Shown in pieces: positions 11,638 to 22,034 of a DNA stretch of 64,000 nt. A program made the translations under genes and the position numbers. The stretch is from Clostridia bacterium (GTDB lineage: Bacteria > Bacillota > Clostridia > TANB77 > CAG-465). The notes under the pieces were generated by a model. It did no database searches, had not been told where the DNA came from, and was given only the letters and a program-made list of their open reading frames with translations. The stretch covers positions 132,890 through 196,889 of the forward strand of contig JAVWPP010000001.1 of NCBI GenBank assembly GCA_036635835.1, given 5' to 3'. Position 1 is the first letter of the stretch, and every line of letters starts with the position of its first letter.

Positions 11638-12567
11638 TTAAATATTATTTAAAATATCACTAATTTTTTCTTCTATATTATTTTCTCCGTTAATATATAT
11701 TGCATTTTCTACTCTTTTAAACCATGTAATTTGTCTTTTCGCATATTTTCTGGTTTCTTGTTTTAATTTTTCTACACACTTTTCTAAGCTTTCTTCTCCT
11801 TTTAAATACGGGAAGAACTCTTTATACCCCATAGCTTGCATGGCTGTAGACTTAGGGTCTATATTTTGATTAAGTAACCACTTTGCTTCATCTAATATAT
11901 TTTGTTTTATCATAGCATCTACTCTTAAATTAATTCTATTATATAGTACATCTCTTGCACAGTCAATTACAAATGTTATATATCGATACTTACCATCGTT
12001 TGGTTTAGTCTTTTTTTCTTGCTCAGTTTTAGTTAAACCTGTTGAATAGTACATTGCAAGTGCTCTAACAACTCTTTTAAAATTATTTTTATCTATTTTT
12101 TCCGCAGCTTCTTTATCTATACTTAAAAGCTCATCGTATAGGACATCTTTTGCGGTATCCCCTAATTCTTCAATTCTTTTGTTTAAGTTTTCTTTAATTA
12201 AATAGTCTTGATCTGTCTGCGGCACAAATTTCATATTTTTCACTAATGAAGATATATACAGACCGGTTCCTCCTACTATTATAGGGACCTTATTTTTTTG
12301 TAGTATCTCTTCTATTTTTTGATATGCTAATTTTTGAAAATCTGCAACGCTGAACTCATCTGATACATCACATATATCTATTAAATAGTGTTGTATTCCC
12401 TGTTTTTCTTCTTCTGTTATTTTTGCTGTTCCGGAATTTAAATGTCTATAAATTTGCATAGAATCTGCAGATATTATTTCTCCATTTATTTTTTTTGCAA
12501 GTTCTACACTAAGCTGTGTTTTACCACTTGCAGTAGGACCTGCAATTATTATAACTTTTGGTTTCAT
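11638..12567 (-). CDS. miaA: tRNA dimethylallyltransferase
   Basis: The 309-aa ORF contains IIAGPTASGKT (P-loop) and PIIVGGTGLY, both MiaA signatures. Confidence 0.92.
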   Translation of the reverse strand: MKPKVIIIAGPTASGKTQLSVELAKKINGEIISADSMQIYRHLNSGTAKITEEEKQGIQHYLIDICDVSDEFSVADFQKLAYQKIEEILQKNKVPIIVGGTGLYISSLVKNMKFVPQTDQDYLIKENLNKRIEELGDTAKDVLYDELLSIDKEAAEKIDKNNFKRVVRALAMYYSTGLTKTEQEKKTKPNDGKYRYITFVIDCARDVLYNRINLRVDAMIKQNILDEAKWLLNQNIDPKSTAMQAMGYKEFFPYLKGEESLEKCVEKLKQETRKYAKRQITWFKRVENAIYINGENNIEEKISDILNNI

Positions 12568-12575
12568 ATTCTCAA

Positions 12576-14405
12576 CTACTTTCTTAAAAATCTTCTTTCA
12601 ATTTCATATTTTGATATTTCATATGCTGTTGGTCTACCATGTGGGCACGTAAATGGTCTATCTAATTTCATCATTTCATCTATTAAATGAACGCACTCTT
12701 GATCTGTTAATTTCATGTTTGCTTTAACAGCCGCTTTGCAAGCAACAGTAGCTAAAAATCTATTTTCTTTTTCTATCTTTTCTGTTTTATATGTACCATT
12801 TAACTCATCTATTAGATCCATGAACATATTACTAAAATCTATCTCGTAATTTATATTTGGTACTCCTACTATCTTTAGCGCGTTATCTCCAAAATTATCA
12901 GTTAGGAATCCAGCGTTTGTAAAAACCTTACTATTTTCATTATATATAGTCATTTCTGAGCCAGTTAATTCTATGATTATTGGAAGCAGTAGCATCTGAG
13001 ACTGCTTATCTTTAGAATAATATACTTCTTTAACTTGCTCATATAGAAGCCTTTCATGTGCTGCATGCTGATCTATTATATATATTTTTTCGCCAATTTC
13101 AACTATAGGGTAAGTATTAAATATAGTTCCTCTGTATTTATATAATATAGCCTTTTTTTCTACAGGGGGTATATATTCTGCTTCTATAGTATTTTCGTAC
13201 ATTTTTTTTAGATTATTTTCGTTAAACGACTCTACATTATCTATTTCTTTTATATCTTTTGTATCTGTAAATATGCAGCTTGACTCATAAATAACAGGCT
13301 CATACTCAACTTTTTTAATTTCACTAATTACAGCAGTAACCTTTTTTTCATTTGAAACGATCTCATTTTCAGTTTCTATTTCGTTTTTAGTTAAGGTAAA
13401 TGGACTATTTTCTGTGTTATGTTTTAATAGCGTACTTTTAACGGCGTTATGTATAGCTCTAAAAATTAACTGTTCATTTTCAAACTTTACTTCTAACTTT
13501 GCAGGATGAACATTAATATCTATAGTATCTGTTGGGACTTCTATGTTTAAAATGCAAAATGGGAACTTTCCTATTGCTATGTTTTGCTTAAAGCCTTCAT
13601 CTATTGCTGATGATAAAGTTTTGTTTTTTACGTATCTAGAATTAACATAGAAATATTCATGGCTTCTATTTGATCTTGATATGTTTTGCGTACCTATAAC
13701 GCCCGTAACTTTTATGCCATCTGTTTCGTTATCTACAAATAAAATGTTTGATGAAACTTCTTTACCAAATATACTGTATATACAAGTTTTTGCATCTGAA
13801 TTTCCTGTAGTACTAATGATTGTTTTGTTATTATTTATATATTTAAAACTAATATCTGTGTTTATCAATGCAAGTTTTCTTATACTGTCCTCTATATATC
13901 CAGCTTCAGTAAAGTCTTTTTTTAGAAATTTATATCTTGCAGGCACATTGAAAAAAATATTTTTAACTATTATTGTAGTACCTTTTCTAGCTGGGCTTTC
14001 AGATGAATCTATTACATTTCCAGCTTCAACAATAGTTCTAGTTCCAATATCTTCATTTTCATTTTTAGTTACTAGTTCAACTTTTGAAATTGCTGCAATT
14101 GATGCTAAAGCTTCTCCTCTAAAGCCCATAGATGTTACTTTTAGAATATCTGCTTCACTTCTTATTTTACTAGTAGCATGCCTTTCGAAGGCAAGAAGTA
14201 CATCATCTGATTTAAAACCTGCGCCATCATCTACAATTTTTATATATGTAATACCACCATTTTTAATCTCAATAGTAATATTCTTTGCTCCTGCATCTAT
14301 TGAATTTTCAACAAGCTCTTTAACTATTGATGAAGGTCTGTCTACAACTTCACCTGCTGCTATTTTATTTATAGTTAAATCATCTAATAATACTATTTGC
14401 CCCAT
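12576..14405 (-). CDS. mutL: DNA mismatch repair protein MutL
   Basis: The 609-aa ORF has a GHKL ATPase N-terminus (AAGEVVDRPSSIVKELVENSIDAG, DDGAGF) and a C-terminal dimerisation/endonuclease domain. Confidence 0.95.
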   Translation of the reverse strand: MGQIVLLDDLTINKIAAGEVVDRPSSIVKELVENSIDAGAKNITIEIKNGGITYIKIVDDGAGFKSDDVLLAFERHATSKIRSEADILKVTSMGFRGEALASIAAISKVELVTKNENEDIGTRTIVEAGNVIDSSESPARKGTTIIVKNIFFNVPARYKFLKKDFTEAGYIEDSIRKLALINTDISFKYINNNKTIISTTGNSDAKTCIYSIFGKEVSSNILFVDNETDGIKVTGVIGTQNISRSNRSHEYFYVNSRYVKNKTLSSAIDEGFKQNIAIGKFPFCILNIEVPTDTIDINVHPAKLEVKFENEQLIFRAIHNAVKSTLLKHNTENSPFTLTKNEIETENEIVSNEKKVTAVISEIKKVEYEPVIYESSCIFTDTKDIKEIDNVESFNENNLKKMYENTIEAEYIPPVEKKAILYKYRGTIFNTYPIVEIGEKIYIIDQHAAHERLLYEQVKEVYYSKDKQSQMLLLPIIIELTGSEMTIYNENSKVFTNAGFLTDNFGDNALKIVGVPNINYEIDFSNMFMDLIDELNGTYKTEKIEKENRFLATVACKAAVKANMKLTDQECVHLIDEMMKLDRPFTCPHGRPTAYEISKYEIERRFLRK

Positions 14406-14435
14406 TTTTTCATTTCCTCTCTTCCACGAAAATTG

Positions 14436-17006
14436 TTACATTTTATCTTTTAATTTATATAATACGTCTAAAGCTTCTTTAGGAGATAATTCTTCTAAAT
14501 TTACTTTTTCTAAATATTTTATGATTTCTGCAGATTTGAAATTAAACATACTCATTTGCATTTCTTCAAATCCATTGTTGTTTTTATTTTTTGTTGTTTT
14601 ATCTGTTATTTTTGTTTTTTCTAGTTCTTTTAGTAGTTCTTTTGCTCTTTTTATAACTTGGTTAGGAACTCCAGCGAGTTTAGCAACATATATGCCATAA
14701 CTTTCATCCGCACTTCCTCTAATTATTCTACGAAGAAATATTACATCATCGCCTTTTTCCCTTACTTCAATTGAATAGTTTTTTACGCCTTTTATTTTAT
14801 TTTCAAGCTCTGTAAGCTCATGATAATGTGTTGCAAATAAAGTTTTTGCTTTCAATTTATTATCTGCAGCTATATATTCAACAGTAGCCCATGCTATAGC
14901 AAGTCCATCATATGTTGAAGTGCCTCTACCAATTTCATCTAGTATTATTAGACTATTATTAGTTGCATTTTCTAAAATGTTAGCGAGTTCTTGCATTTCC
15001 ACCATAAATGTTGATTGACCCATAGCCAAATCATCTGAAGCGCCTACTCTTGTAAATATTCTGTCTACAACAGTTATTCTAGCGCTACTTGCAGGAACAA
15101 AACAGCCTATTTGTGCCATTAGAACTATTAATGCAGTTTGTCTCATATATGTGGATTTTCCGGCCATATTAGGTCCTGTAACTATAGCAAAAAGACTGTC
15201 TTCATTGTCTAAAAGCGTATCATTTGGTACAAAATCTGTATCTTTTAATGTTTTTTCTACTACCGGATGTCTACCCATAGATATATCTATTTTTCCAGAT
15301 GTACAGATTTCAGGTCTAACATAATTGTTTTGCTCAGCTACAAGCGCAAACGAAGTAACAACATCTAAAACAGCTAGTATATTTGCAGTTCTTTGTACTC
15401 TAACAACTTGGCTTGCTACTTTTTCTCTTATTTCAGTAAACACATTATATTCTAAAGTTATTAATTTTTCCTGACTTCCTAATATTTTTTCTTCGATATT
15501 TTTAAGTTCCTCGGTTATATATCTCTCTGCGCCAGCTAACGTTTGTTTTCTCATGTATCTAGCTTCTGGAACTAAATTTAAATATGATTTTGTTACTTCT
15601 AAATAGTATCCAAATATTCTGTTATACCCTACTTTAAGATTTTTAATACCCGTTTTTTCTTTTTCATCATTTTCAAGTTGTAATAGCCAGTTCTTTCCCT
15701 CAGTTGCCGCAAATTTATATTCGTCTATTGTTTGGTTATATCCTTGTTTGATTAAATTTCCTTCTTTTATTGTTAGTGGCGGATCCTCTACAATTGTTCT
15801 TTCAATTAGATCTGAAATGTCTTCTAAAACGTCAAAATTATTATATAATTCTTCAAGTAAAGCACTTTTAGGAGCAAAAGTAGCTAGCATTTCTTTTACA
15901 ACCGGTAACTGCTGCAATGAATTTTTTAGCATTATTAAATCTCTTGCATTTATATTTGATGATACGATTTTAGTTATAATTCTTTCTATGTCATAAATTC
16001 TAGATAAAATATCTATAATATCATCTCTTACAAAAACATCATTTTTAATACATTCCACAGCTTGATGCCTTTTTTCTATTTCATTTTTATTTATTAGAGG
16101 TGTTTCGATCCATTTTCTAATAAGTCGTCCACCCATTGCAGTTACTGTTTTATCTAGCACCCATAGCAAACTACCTTTTTTTGTTTTTTCTCTGTTTCCT
16201 TCTAATAATTCTAAATTTTTTCTTGTGCTTGCATCTAATATCATACATTTAGCAAATTCATAAATATTTAATTTATTCATATGTTTCATATCGTTTTTTT
16301 GCATTTCGTGTATATAATTAAAGAGCATATTCACTGTTAAACTTAAAGTTGCATCATTTGGTTTTTCTATATTGTATTCAATAACAGGAAATACGTAGTT
16401 ATCATAAACTGTTATATACATATTAAGTCTTTTTTTAATATCATTCATTATACTTTTCATATTCAAAACTTGCTTTGTTATTATTAATTCATTTGGATTA
16501 ATTCTAATAAGCTCATCATACATTAAATTGATATTTTGTTTAAAGTCTATTTTAGTAACAAAAGCTTCGCCTGTTGATATATCTGCGTAGCCAATTCCAA
16601 AGCTTTTTTCGTCTGCGAATATGCAAGCTATATAGTTATTTTTTTTATCTTCTAATAATTCATTGTCTATTATTGTTCCAGGAGTAAGTATTTTTATAAC
16701 TTCTCTTCTTACAATTCCTTTTGCTTCTGCAGGATCTTCTACTTGCTCGCATATTGCTACTTTATAATCTTTTTCTATTAATTTAATAAGATAGTTTTTC
16801 GCGCTATGGTACGGTATTCCACACATAGGAGCTCGTTGATCCATGCCGCAGTCTTTACCTGTTAAAGTAAGTTCGAGTTCTTTTGAACATATCTTTGCAT
16901 CATCATAAAACATTTCATAAAAATCTCCCAATCTAAAAAACAAGATACAATCTTGATGTTTATCTTTTATTTCTAAATATTGTTGCATCATTGGTGTAAG
17001 CGCCAT
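14436..17006 (-). CDS. mutS: DNA mismatch repair protein MutS
   Basis: The 856-aa ORF begins TPMMQQYLEIK and contains the Walker A motif GPNMAGKST and a DEIGRGTSTYDG motif. Confidence 0.97.
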   Translation of the reverse strand: MALTPMMQQYLEIKDKHQDCILFFRLGDFYEMFYDDAKICSKELELTLTGKDCGMDQRAPMCGIPYHSAKNYLIKLIEKDYKVAICEQVEDPAEAKGIVRREVIKILTPGTIIDNELLEDKKNNYIACIFADEKSFGIGYADISTGEAFVTKIDFKQNINLMYDELIRINPNELIITKQVLNMKSIMNDIKKRLNMYITVYDNYVFPVIEYNIEKPNDATLSLTVNMLFNYIHEMQKNDMKHMNKLNIYEFAKCMILDASTRKNLELLEGNREKTKKGSLLWVLDKTVTAMGGRLIRKWIETPLINKNEIEKRHQAVECIKNDVFVRDDIIDILSRIYDIERIITKIVSSNINARDLIMLKNSLQQLPVVKEMLATFAPKSALLEELYNNFDVLEDISDLIERTIVEDPPLTIKEGNLIKQGYNQTIDEYKFAATEGKNWLLQLENDEKEKTGIKNLKVGYNRIFGYYLEVTKSYLNLVPEARYMRKQTLAGAERYITEELKNIEEKILGSQEKLITLEYNVFTEIREKVASQVVRVQRTANILAVLDVVTSFALVAEQNNYVRPEICTSGKIDISMGRHPVVEKTLKDTDFVPNDTLLDNEDSLFAIVTGPNMAGKSTYMRQTALIVLMAQIGCFVPASSARITVVDRIFTRVGASDDLAMGQSTFMVEMQELANILENATNNSLIILDEIGRGTSTYDGLAIAWATVEYIAADNKLKAKTLFATHYHELTELENKIKGVKNYSIEVREKGDDVIFLRRIIRGSADESYGIYVAKLAGVPNQVIKRAKELLKELEKTKITDKTTKNKNNNGFEEMQMSMFNFKSAEIIKYLEKVNLEELSPKEALDVLYKLKDKM

Positions 17007-17060
17007 TATTTTTCCTCTTTTCGTTTTTATTTATGTAGCTTATTATATACAAAAACAACG

Positions 17061-17094
17061 AAAAATGCAAGGTATTTTTCTATATTACCTTGCA
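17061..17094 (-). terminator. hairpin terminator enclosing the stop codon of the radical-SAM gene
   Basis: The hairpin TGCAAGGTA-(11 nt loop)-TACCTTGCA is followed by TTTTT on the minus strand. The gene's stop codon lies in the loop. Confidence 0.4.
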
Positions 17095-18108
17095 TTTAAA
17101 CGTGTCTTTTTCTAAATCTTTATTTATATTAACATATATATCTATATTGTATTTATTGTTAAAGTATTTTATATTTTCTCTTTTAACACCAACTATATAG
17201 TTAATCATAAGCTGCGGTGCTTCTATAATTATTTTTTTACTTTCAGAATTTATATTTTGCTGAATTTCAAAATCTATTTTATTTCTAACAATTCTAGCCT
17301 GTATCATTTGCCCAAACGCCGGATGCATAGGCCCTGCTATAAAATTAGATTCTTCCGCTAGTTCCTCTGTTATATGTAGCCCTGTTCTTATTACTTTTAT
17401 GTTATTTTCTTTATATAGACTATATAACGTAGTAGCGCTATTAATAGCTTCTTCTAATGTTAACGGAGTATATTCATTTCTATTAAACATTTCTTCTAAT
17501 TCTGTTTTAGCAATAACTAACACCGGATATATTCTTACAATCTCAGGCCTCATTACTATGCTTTTTTCTGCCGTATTTTTTTCTTTTGCAAAATCACTTC
17601 CAGGCAGTCCAACCATAATTTGATGTCCTAATACAAAACCATAATCTTTAATTAGTTTTGACGCTACTTCTACGTCTTTTACGGTATGTCCTCTTTTAGC
17701 AATTTTCAATATTTCATCATCTAATGATTGAACTCCAAGTTCAATAGTTTTAACCTTGTATTTTTTTAAAAGTTCTAAATTGCTTTTATTTATATAATCT
17801 GGTCTTGTAGATATTCTTATTGATTCTATTTTTCCATTATTTATATATGGCTGCACTACTTCTAAATACTCTATTTGTTTTTCTATTTCTATTCCAGTAA
17901 AGCTTCCGCCAAAAAACGCAATTTCTATTTGTTTTTCGAATTTGTTGTCGAAATAATCTAAATACTTATCTATTATTTCTTTAACTTGCTGTTTTTCAAC
18001 TGGTTGCTGTGAACCACTTATTTTTCTTTGATTACAAAATATGCACTCATTATTACATCCTAAATGCGGAATGAATATTGGTATAATATACTGTTTTTTA
18101 TATTTCAT
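17080..18108 (-). CDS. radical SAM protein (CxxxCxxC; TIGR01212/ELP3-like small family)
   Basis: The 342-aa ORF contains IFIPHLGCNNECIFCNQ. It overlaps the rnc stop by 11 nt. Confidence 0.7.
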   Translation of the reverse strand: MKYKKQYIIPIFIPHLGCNNECIFCNQRKISGSQQPVEKQQVKEIIDKYLDYFDNKFEKQIEIAFFGGSFTGIEIEKQIEYLEVVQPYINNGKIESIRISTRPDYINKSNLELLKKYKVKTIELGVQSLDDEILKIAKRGHTVKDVEVASKLIKDYGFVLGHQIMVGLPGSDFAKEKNTAEKSIVMRPEIVRIYPVLVIAKTELEEMFNRNEYTPLTLEEAINSATTLYSLYKENNIKVIRTGLHITEELAEESNFIAGPMHPAFGQMIQARIVRNKIDFEIQQNINSESKKIIIEAPQLMINYIVGVKRENIKYFNNKYNIDIYVNINKDLEKDTFKCKVI

Positions 18109-18790
18109 ATTCCACCTTTAATGCATTAGATGCTGCTACTTGTTGTGCTTCTTTTTTGTTTTTTCCTTCACCTCTACCATAAAACTTATCATTTATATAT
18201 ACATCTATTTGATATGTTTTCATATGATCTGGACCTTCTTCTTTAACAACTACATATTCGATTTTAACATCTCCATTTACTTGGAATTTTTCTTGTAACA
18301 TTGTTTTATAGTCTGTAAATGCTCCGATTCCCTTTATTACGTCATTATATGTGTTTTTTAATAAGTATAAGCATACTCTTCTTGCCGTATCGAAATCGCT
18401 ATCTATATAGACAGCTCCTAATATTGCTTCAAACATGTCTGCGAGTATAGCATCTTTATCTCTACCATTTGTAACTTCTTCGCATTTTCCCATTATCATA
18501 TATTTTGATGTACCTAGTTTTCTCATTGTGTCACTTAATGCTTTTTCACATACCATACTAGACCTAAATTTAGTCATTTGACCTTCTGTTAAACTTGGTT
18601 CAATTCTATATAATTGCTCACTTATAACATGCTCTAATATAGCATCTCCTAAAAATTCTAATCTTTCATTAAAACGATTAACATCTCTAACTTTATGTTC
18701 ATATTCTGCTGACTTATGTGTAATAGCAGCTTTTAATAATTTAATGTCGTTAAATTTATATGTTAATGTTTTTTCTATTTCCTCATACAT
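18098..18790 (-). CDS. rnc: ribonuclease III
   Basis: The 230-aa ORF carries the RNase III signature ERLEFLGDAILE and a C-terminal dsRBD. Confidence 0.92.
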   Translation of the reverse strand: MYEEIEKTLTYKFNDIKLLKAAITHKSAEYEHKVRDVNRFNERLEFLGDAILEHVISEQLYRIEPSLTEGQMTKFRSSMVCEKALSDTMRKLGTSKYMIMGKCEEVTNGRDKDAILADMFEAILGAVYIDSDFDTARRVCLYLLKNTYNDVIKGIGAFTDYKTMLQEKFQVNGDVKIEYVVVKEEGPDHMKTYQIDVYINDKFYGRGEGKNKKEAQQVAASNALKVEYEI

Positions 18791-18987
18791 AATTAATTTT
18801 AATTTATATTTTAAAACTACTTGAGATAAGAAATTTTAAAATATAAACTGTCTCCTTCCTACTTTCTATGTGTGTTTAGTTTACATATATATTATACACG
18901 AAAAAATATGAAGTATCAAGCCTTTATTAAAGATTTAATACTTCATTCTCTTTTTTTTCATATATCTTACTTTTATATATCACCTAT

Positions 18988-19221
18988 TTATTGATTTTCT
19001 TTAATATATTCCACCACGTCTGATACTGCAACGATTTTTTCTGCTTCAGCCTCTGGTATTTCTAAATCAAATTCTTCTTCAAGAGCCATAATCAACTCAA
19101 CTATATCTAATGAATCAGCTCCTAAATCATCTATAAATGTTGTATCCATAGCGATTTTGTCTGTTTCCTCTATTCCTAATTGTTCCGAAATAACTTCTTT
19201 TACTCTTTCAAAAATCTCCAT
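18988..19221 (-). CDS. acpP: acyl carrier protein
   Basis: The 77-aa ORF contains [20 protein letters not shown], the phosphopantetheine-attachment Ser motif. The RBS is GAGGAGGTG. Confidence 0.93.
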   Translation of the reverse strand: MEIFERVKEVISEQLGIEETDKIAMDTTFIDDLGADSLDIVELIMALEEEFDLEIPEAEAEKIVAVSDVVEYIKENQ

Positions 19222-19303
19222 TACAATTCACCTCCTCAAAGTTATCGTACTCATTGTTATTATCTATTATCAACGTACGTTTGTCAATAGTTTTTGTAAA
19301 ATT

Positions 19304-20326
19304 TTAATTATTATTTTTCATTTCTGCTAAATCTGCTTTTATGTGCTCTATAATATCTGCTTTTAATATGTTATCTGCTTGCTTTATGCCTACAAAAAAG
19401 CTAAGTTTTTTTGATGAACCGTGTATTTTTACAACTGGCTTTTTAACGCCTAGTAAAACTCCGCCACCTTTTTCTCTATAATCATACCTTAAAAACGCTT
19501 CTTTTACAATATCTTTAACAAAAAAAGCTTTAATTTTATTGATTAATGATCTTTTAAAAATACTAACTATTTCATCTTTAATTGTAAGCACAGCGCCTTC
19601 TAGAGATTTTATTGCTATATTTCCTTGTAATCCATCACATACAATTACGTCATAGCCAGAATCAACAATATTTCTAGCTTCAACGTTTCCAACAAATTCG
19701 GGAACATTAGCTTTTAATAATTTATATGCTTCTTTTAAATCTGGTGTTCCTTTTTCTTCTTCTACTCCTATGTTTAATAAAGCTATTTTTACATTTTCTT
19801 TTTTTAACACGTATTTAGAGTATGCCTTACCGATTAATGCATATTGTAAAAGTGATAAGTCTTTAGCATTAGGATTTGCACCCGAATCTAAAAACACAAC
19901 ATCTTTTCCGTTTTTTGTTGGTATTATTGTAGTAAGAGCTGGTCTATGTATGCCTGGAATTCTTCCTAGCTTAAGTAATGCTCCAGCCATAACTGCGCCA
20001 GTACATCCAGCTGATAGAAAAGCAGTTTGCTCATGTTCTTTCATATAATTATATGCTACAACTATGCTACTATCTTTTTTCACCTTTATAGCCATTGCAG
20101 GTTCTTCATTATTTGAAATAAACGTTTCTGCTTGTAATATGCTTAACTTTGGGCTAATCTCTTGCACATTTTCTTTTTTATAGTTCTCTTTAATGTATTC
20201 ATTAATAGTGTCTGCATTTCCCACTAATTTTATACTAGATTCAACTTCTTTTGCAGCTTGAATTGCTCCATCTATTGCAACTCCTATTCCTGCATCTGCA
20301 CCATATATATCTACTAATATTTCCAT
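19304..20326 (-). CDS. plsX: phosphate acyltransferase PlsX
   Basis: The 340-aa ORF has a PlsX-type N-terminus (ILVDIYGADAGIGV) and a GGGVLLG motif. Confidence 0.9.
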   Translation of the reverse strand: MEILVDIYGADAGIGVAIDGAIQAAKEVESSIKLVGNADTINEYIKENYKKENVQEISPKLSILQAETFISNNEEPAMAIKVKKDSSIVVAYNYMKEHEQTAFLSAGCTGAVMAGALLKLGRIPGIHRPALTTIIPTKNGKDVVFLDSGANPNAKDLSLLQYALIGKAYSKYVLKKENVKIALLNIGVEEEKGTPDLKEAYKLLKANVPEFVGNVEARNIVDSGYDVIVCDGLQGNIAIKSLEGAVLTIKDEIVSIFKRSLINKIKAFFVKDIVKEAFLRYDYREKGGGVLLGVKKPVVKIHGSSKKLSFFVGIKQADNILKADIIEHIKADLAEMKNNN

Positions 20327-20334
20327 TTTTTCAC

Positions 20335-20904
20335 CTATAACGCTTTCAATATAAATTTTCCGCTGAAAACTTCAACGTCTTTTTCATTATATATTCTTAT
20401 CCAAACTATATAATTACTTCCTCTAACTTTTTTTACTTCTGCTTTAGCAACAACCACTTCAGAAGTTTCTACTTTTTCTCTATATTTAATATTAGCTATT
20501 CCTACTAAAGCTGCATTAGCTTTGACCACCGCTATAGCTAAGCTTTCAGACAATGCGTAAATATACTGTCCTCTTACAACTTTACTTTTTGCAAAGCCCA
20601 TGTTTTTAGTTGTTTCCAATCTTGCAACTCCCGAAACACCAGGAACTAATTCTATTAGATCTCCTATGATTTCATCTTTTGAAATAGATGTCAGTAATTT
20701 AGAACTTTCTTTAGCTAAATCCTTTACTCGCTCTTTGCATTCTTTTATCTTTAAATGTTGTCTATCTAATCTTATTGTGTTAATACTAACTTGAAATTTT
20801 TCAGCAAGTTTTTCATCTGTAATATACGGATTTTTCTTTAAAAATTCTACTATTTCTATTCTTCTCAGATTTCGTTTTTCTGGAGTTTTAGACATTGTAT
20901 TCAC
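20335..20904 (-). CDS. fapR: fatty-acid/phospholipid synthesis transcriptional regulator FapR
   Basis: The 189-aa ORF has an N-terminal HTH followed by a hotdog thioesterase-like domain. The fapR-plsX arrangement is the canonical Firmicute one. Confidence 0.8.
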   Translation of the reverse strand: MNTMSKTPEKRNLRRIEIVEFLKKNPYITDEKLAEKFQVSINTIRLDRQHLKIKECKERVKDLAKESSKLLTSISKDEIIGDLIELVPGVSGVARLETTKNMGFAKSKVVRGQYIYALSESLAIAVVKANAALVGIANIKYREKVETSEVVVAKAEVKKVRGSNYIVWIRIYNEKDVEVFSGKFILKAL

Positions 20905-21090
20905 CTCAACAATATATACTACATTATATTACATTAGCTTAGATTTTGCAATGTTTAAAACATATAAAGTGAGTTAATCTAAACTAGTTTGTTCATTTAT
21001 ATAGGTATATACTATATATTTATATAAAAAAGAACTCTTAAACTAAAATTTAAATCAGCTTAAAAGTACTTTTATATGCATAAAATATAT

Positions 21091-21948
21091 TTATATTTTT
21101 TTGGTTTCGCTTACTTTTTTATGTTTTTCAAAGTTAGTAATTAATACAAATATAAGCGGTATTTGTGCATAAGCATAAAAAATATTATTTGCTCCTATAA
21201 AGAATACAGCAAGTAAAATAAATATAAACATATTAATATTATTTATATTCCTAACTATTGTTTTTTTATAGTTGATGCTTGCAATTAATAAAATGGCAAT
21301 AGATGTAACAGATATAGCATATTTAAACATTACATTATTTTTTTTGTTTTGATAAAGTTCTTTTATGTTATATTCTTTATTGTTTTCACTACTATTTGAA
21401 CTATGCTCATTTTTCTTATCTTGCTCTACTATATTTGCAGTTACTTTAGATATTTGATTAAATTCTATAAAATCTACACCCATTGCAAATATTATTAGAA
21501 CTACTGATAGCATTTGCAAAACTGCTTTTGTTCTATCGCTTATTGTTTTAAAATTACTTTTTCCTTTTGTAAATATTTTTTTTGAACATTTAAGTATAAC
21601 TAAAAGTCCTATTGTACTTATACAATATAAAATATAGGCATTCATTCTATACATTATGTCTAAAAAATATATAAATATATTTACTATATTAAAAATTAAT
21701 AATAGATTAATTGCATTTTTCTCGTTTGATTTATTTGCATTTGAAATTTTGTATATAGTTTTTATATTTATATATGAAATAAATATATTTAATAGTATAT
21801 CTAAAACTCCAAGTATAATTGGTAATGCTTTTAAGTTTGTTTTAAAAATGTTAATTAAATATAAGGTATTGCCTAGTAGCATGTAAAATATAAAAAATTG
21901 AAGTATAATTAATACTATTTTTATTATTTTAACACTTTTTTTATCCAT
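21091..21948 (-). CDS. polytopic membrane protein (hypothetical)
   Basis: This multi-TM ORF is AT-rich. The start is placed at MDKKSV (ATG 21946-21948) on the basis of an RBS GGAAGGTGA 6 nt upstream. The ORF-track start at 21996 is a GTG that falls inside a terminator hairpin. Confidence 0.4.
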   Translation of the reverse strand: MDKKSVKIIKIVLIILQFFIFYMLLGNTLYLINIFKTNLKALPIILGVLDILLNIFISYINIKTIYKISNANKSNEKNAINLLLIFNIVNIFIYFLDIMYRMNAYILYCISTIGLLVILKCSKKIFTKGKSNFKTISDRTKAVLQMLSVVLIIFAMGVDFIEFNQISKVTANIVEQDKKNEHSSNSSENNKEYNIKELYQNKKNNVMFKYAISVTSIAILLIASINYKKTIVRNINNINMFIFILLAVFFIGANNIFYAYAQIPLIFVLITNFEKHKKVSETKKI

Positions 21949-21983
21949 ATAATTCACCTTCCTAGCTATATTATATATCAAGA

Positions 21984-22018
21984 AAATAGTATGCACAATA
22001 AGCGCATACTATTTTTAT
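21984..22018 (-). terminator. hairpin terminator downstream of tuf
   Basis: The hairpin ATAGTATGC-(9 nt)-GCATACTAT sits between the tuf stop and the next gene. Confidence 0.4.
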
Positions 22019-22034
22019 TTTTTATATTAAATTA

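Noticed and set aside
13681-14700. 339-aa plus-strand ORF antisense to mutL
   Set aside because: MutL on the opposite strand is unambiguous (GHKL motifs). The antisense product is a low-complexity Ser/Phe/Leu/Ile-rich shadow with no RBS. Its length is unusual for AT-rich DNA but it is not credible as a gene.
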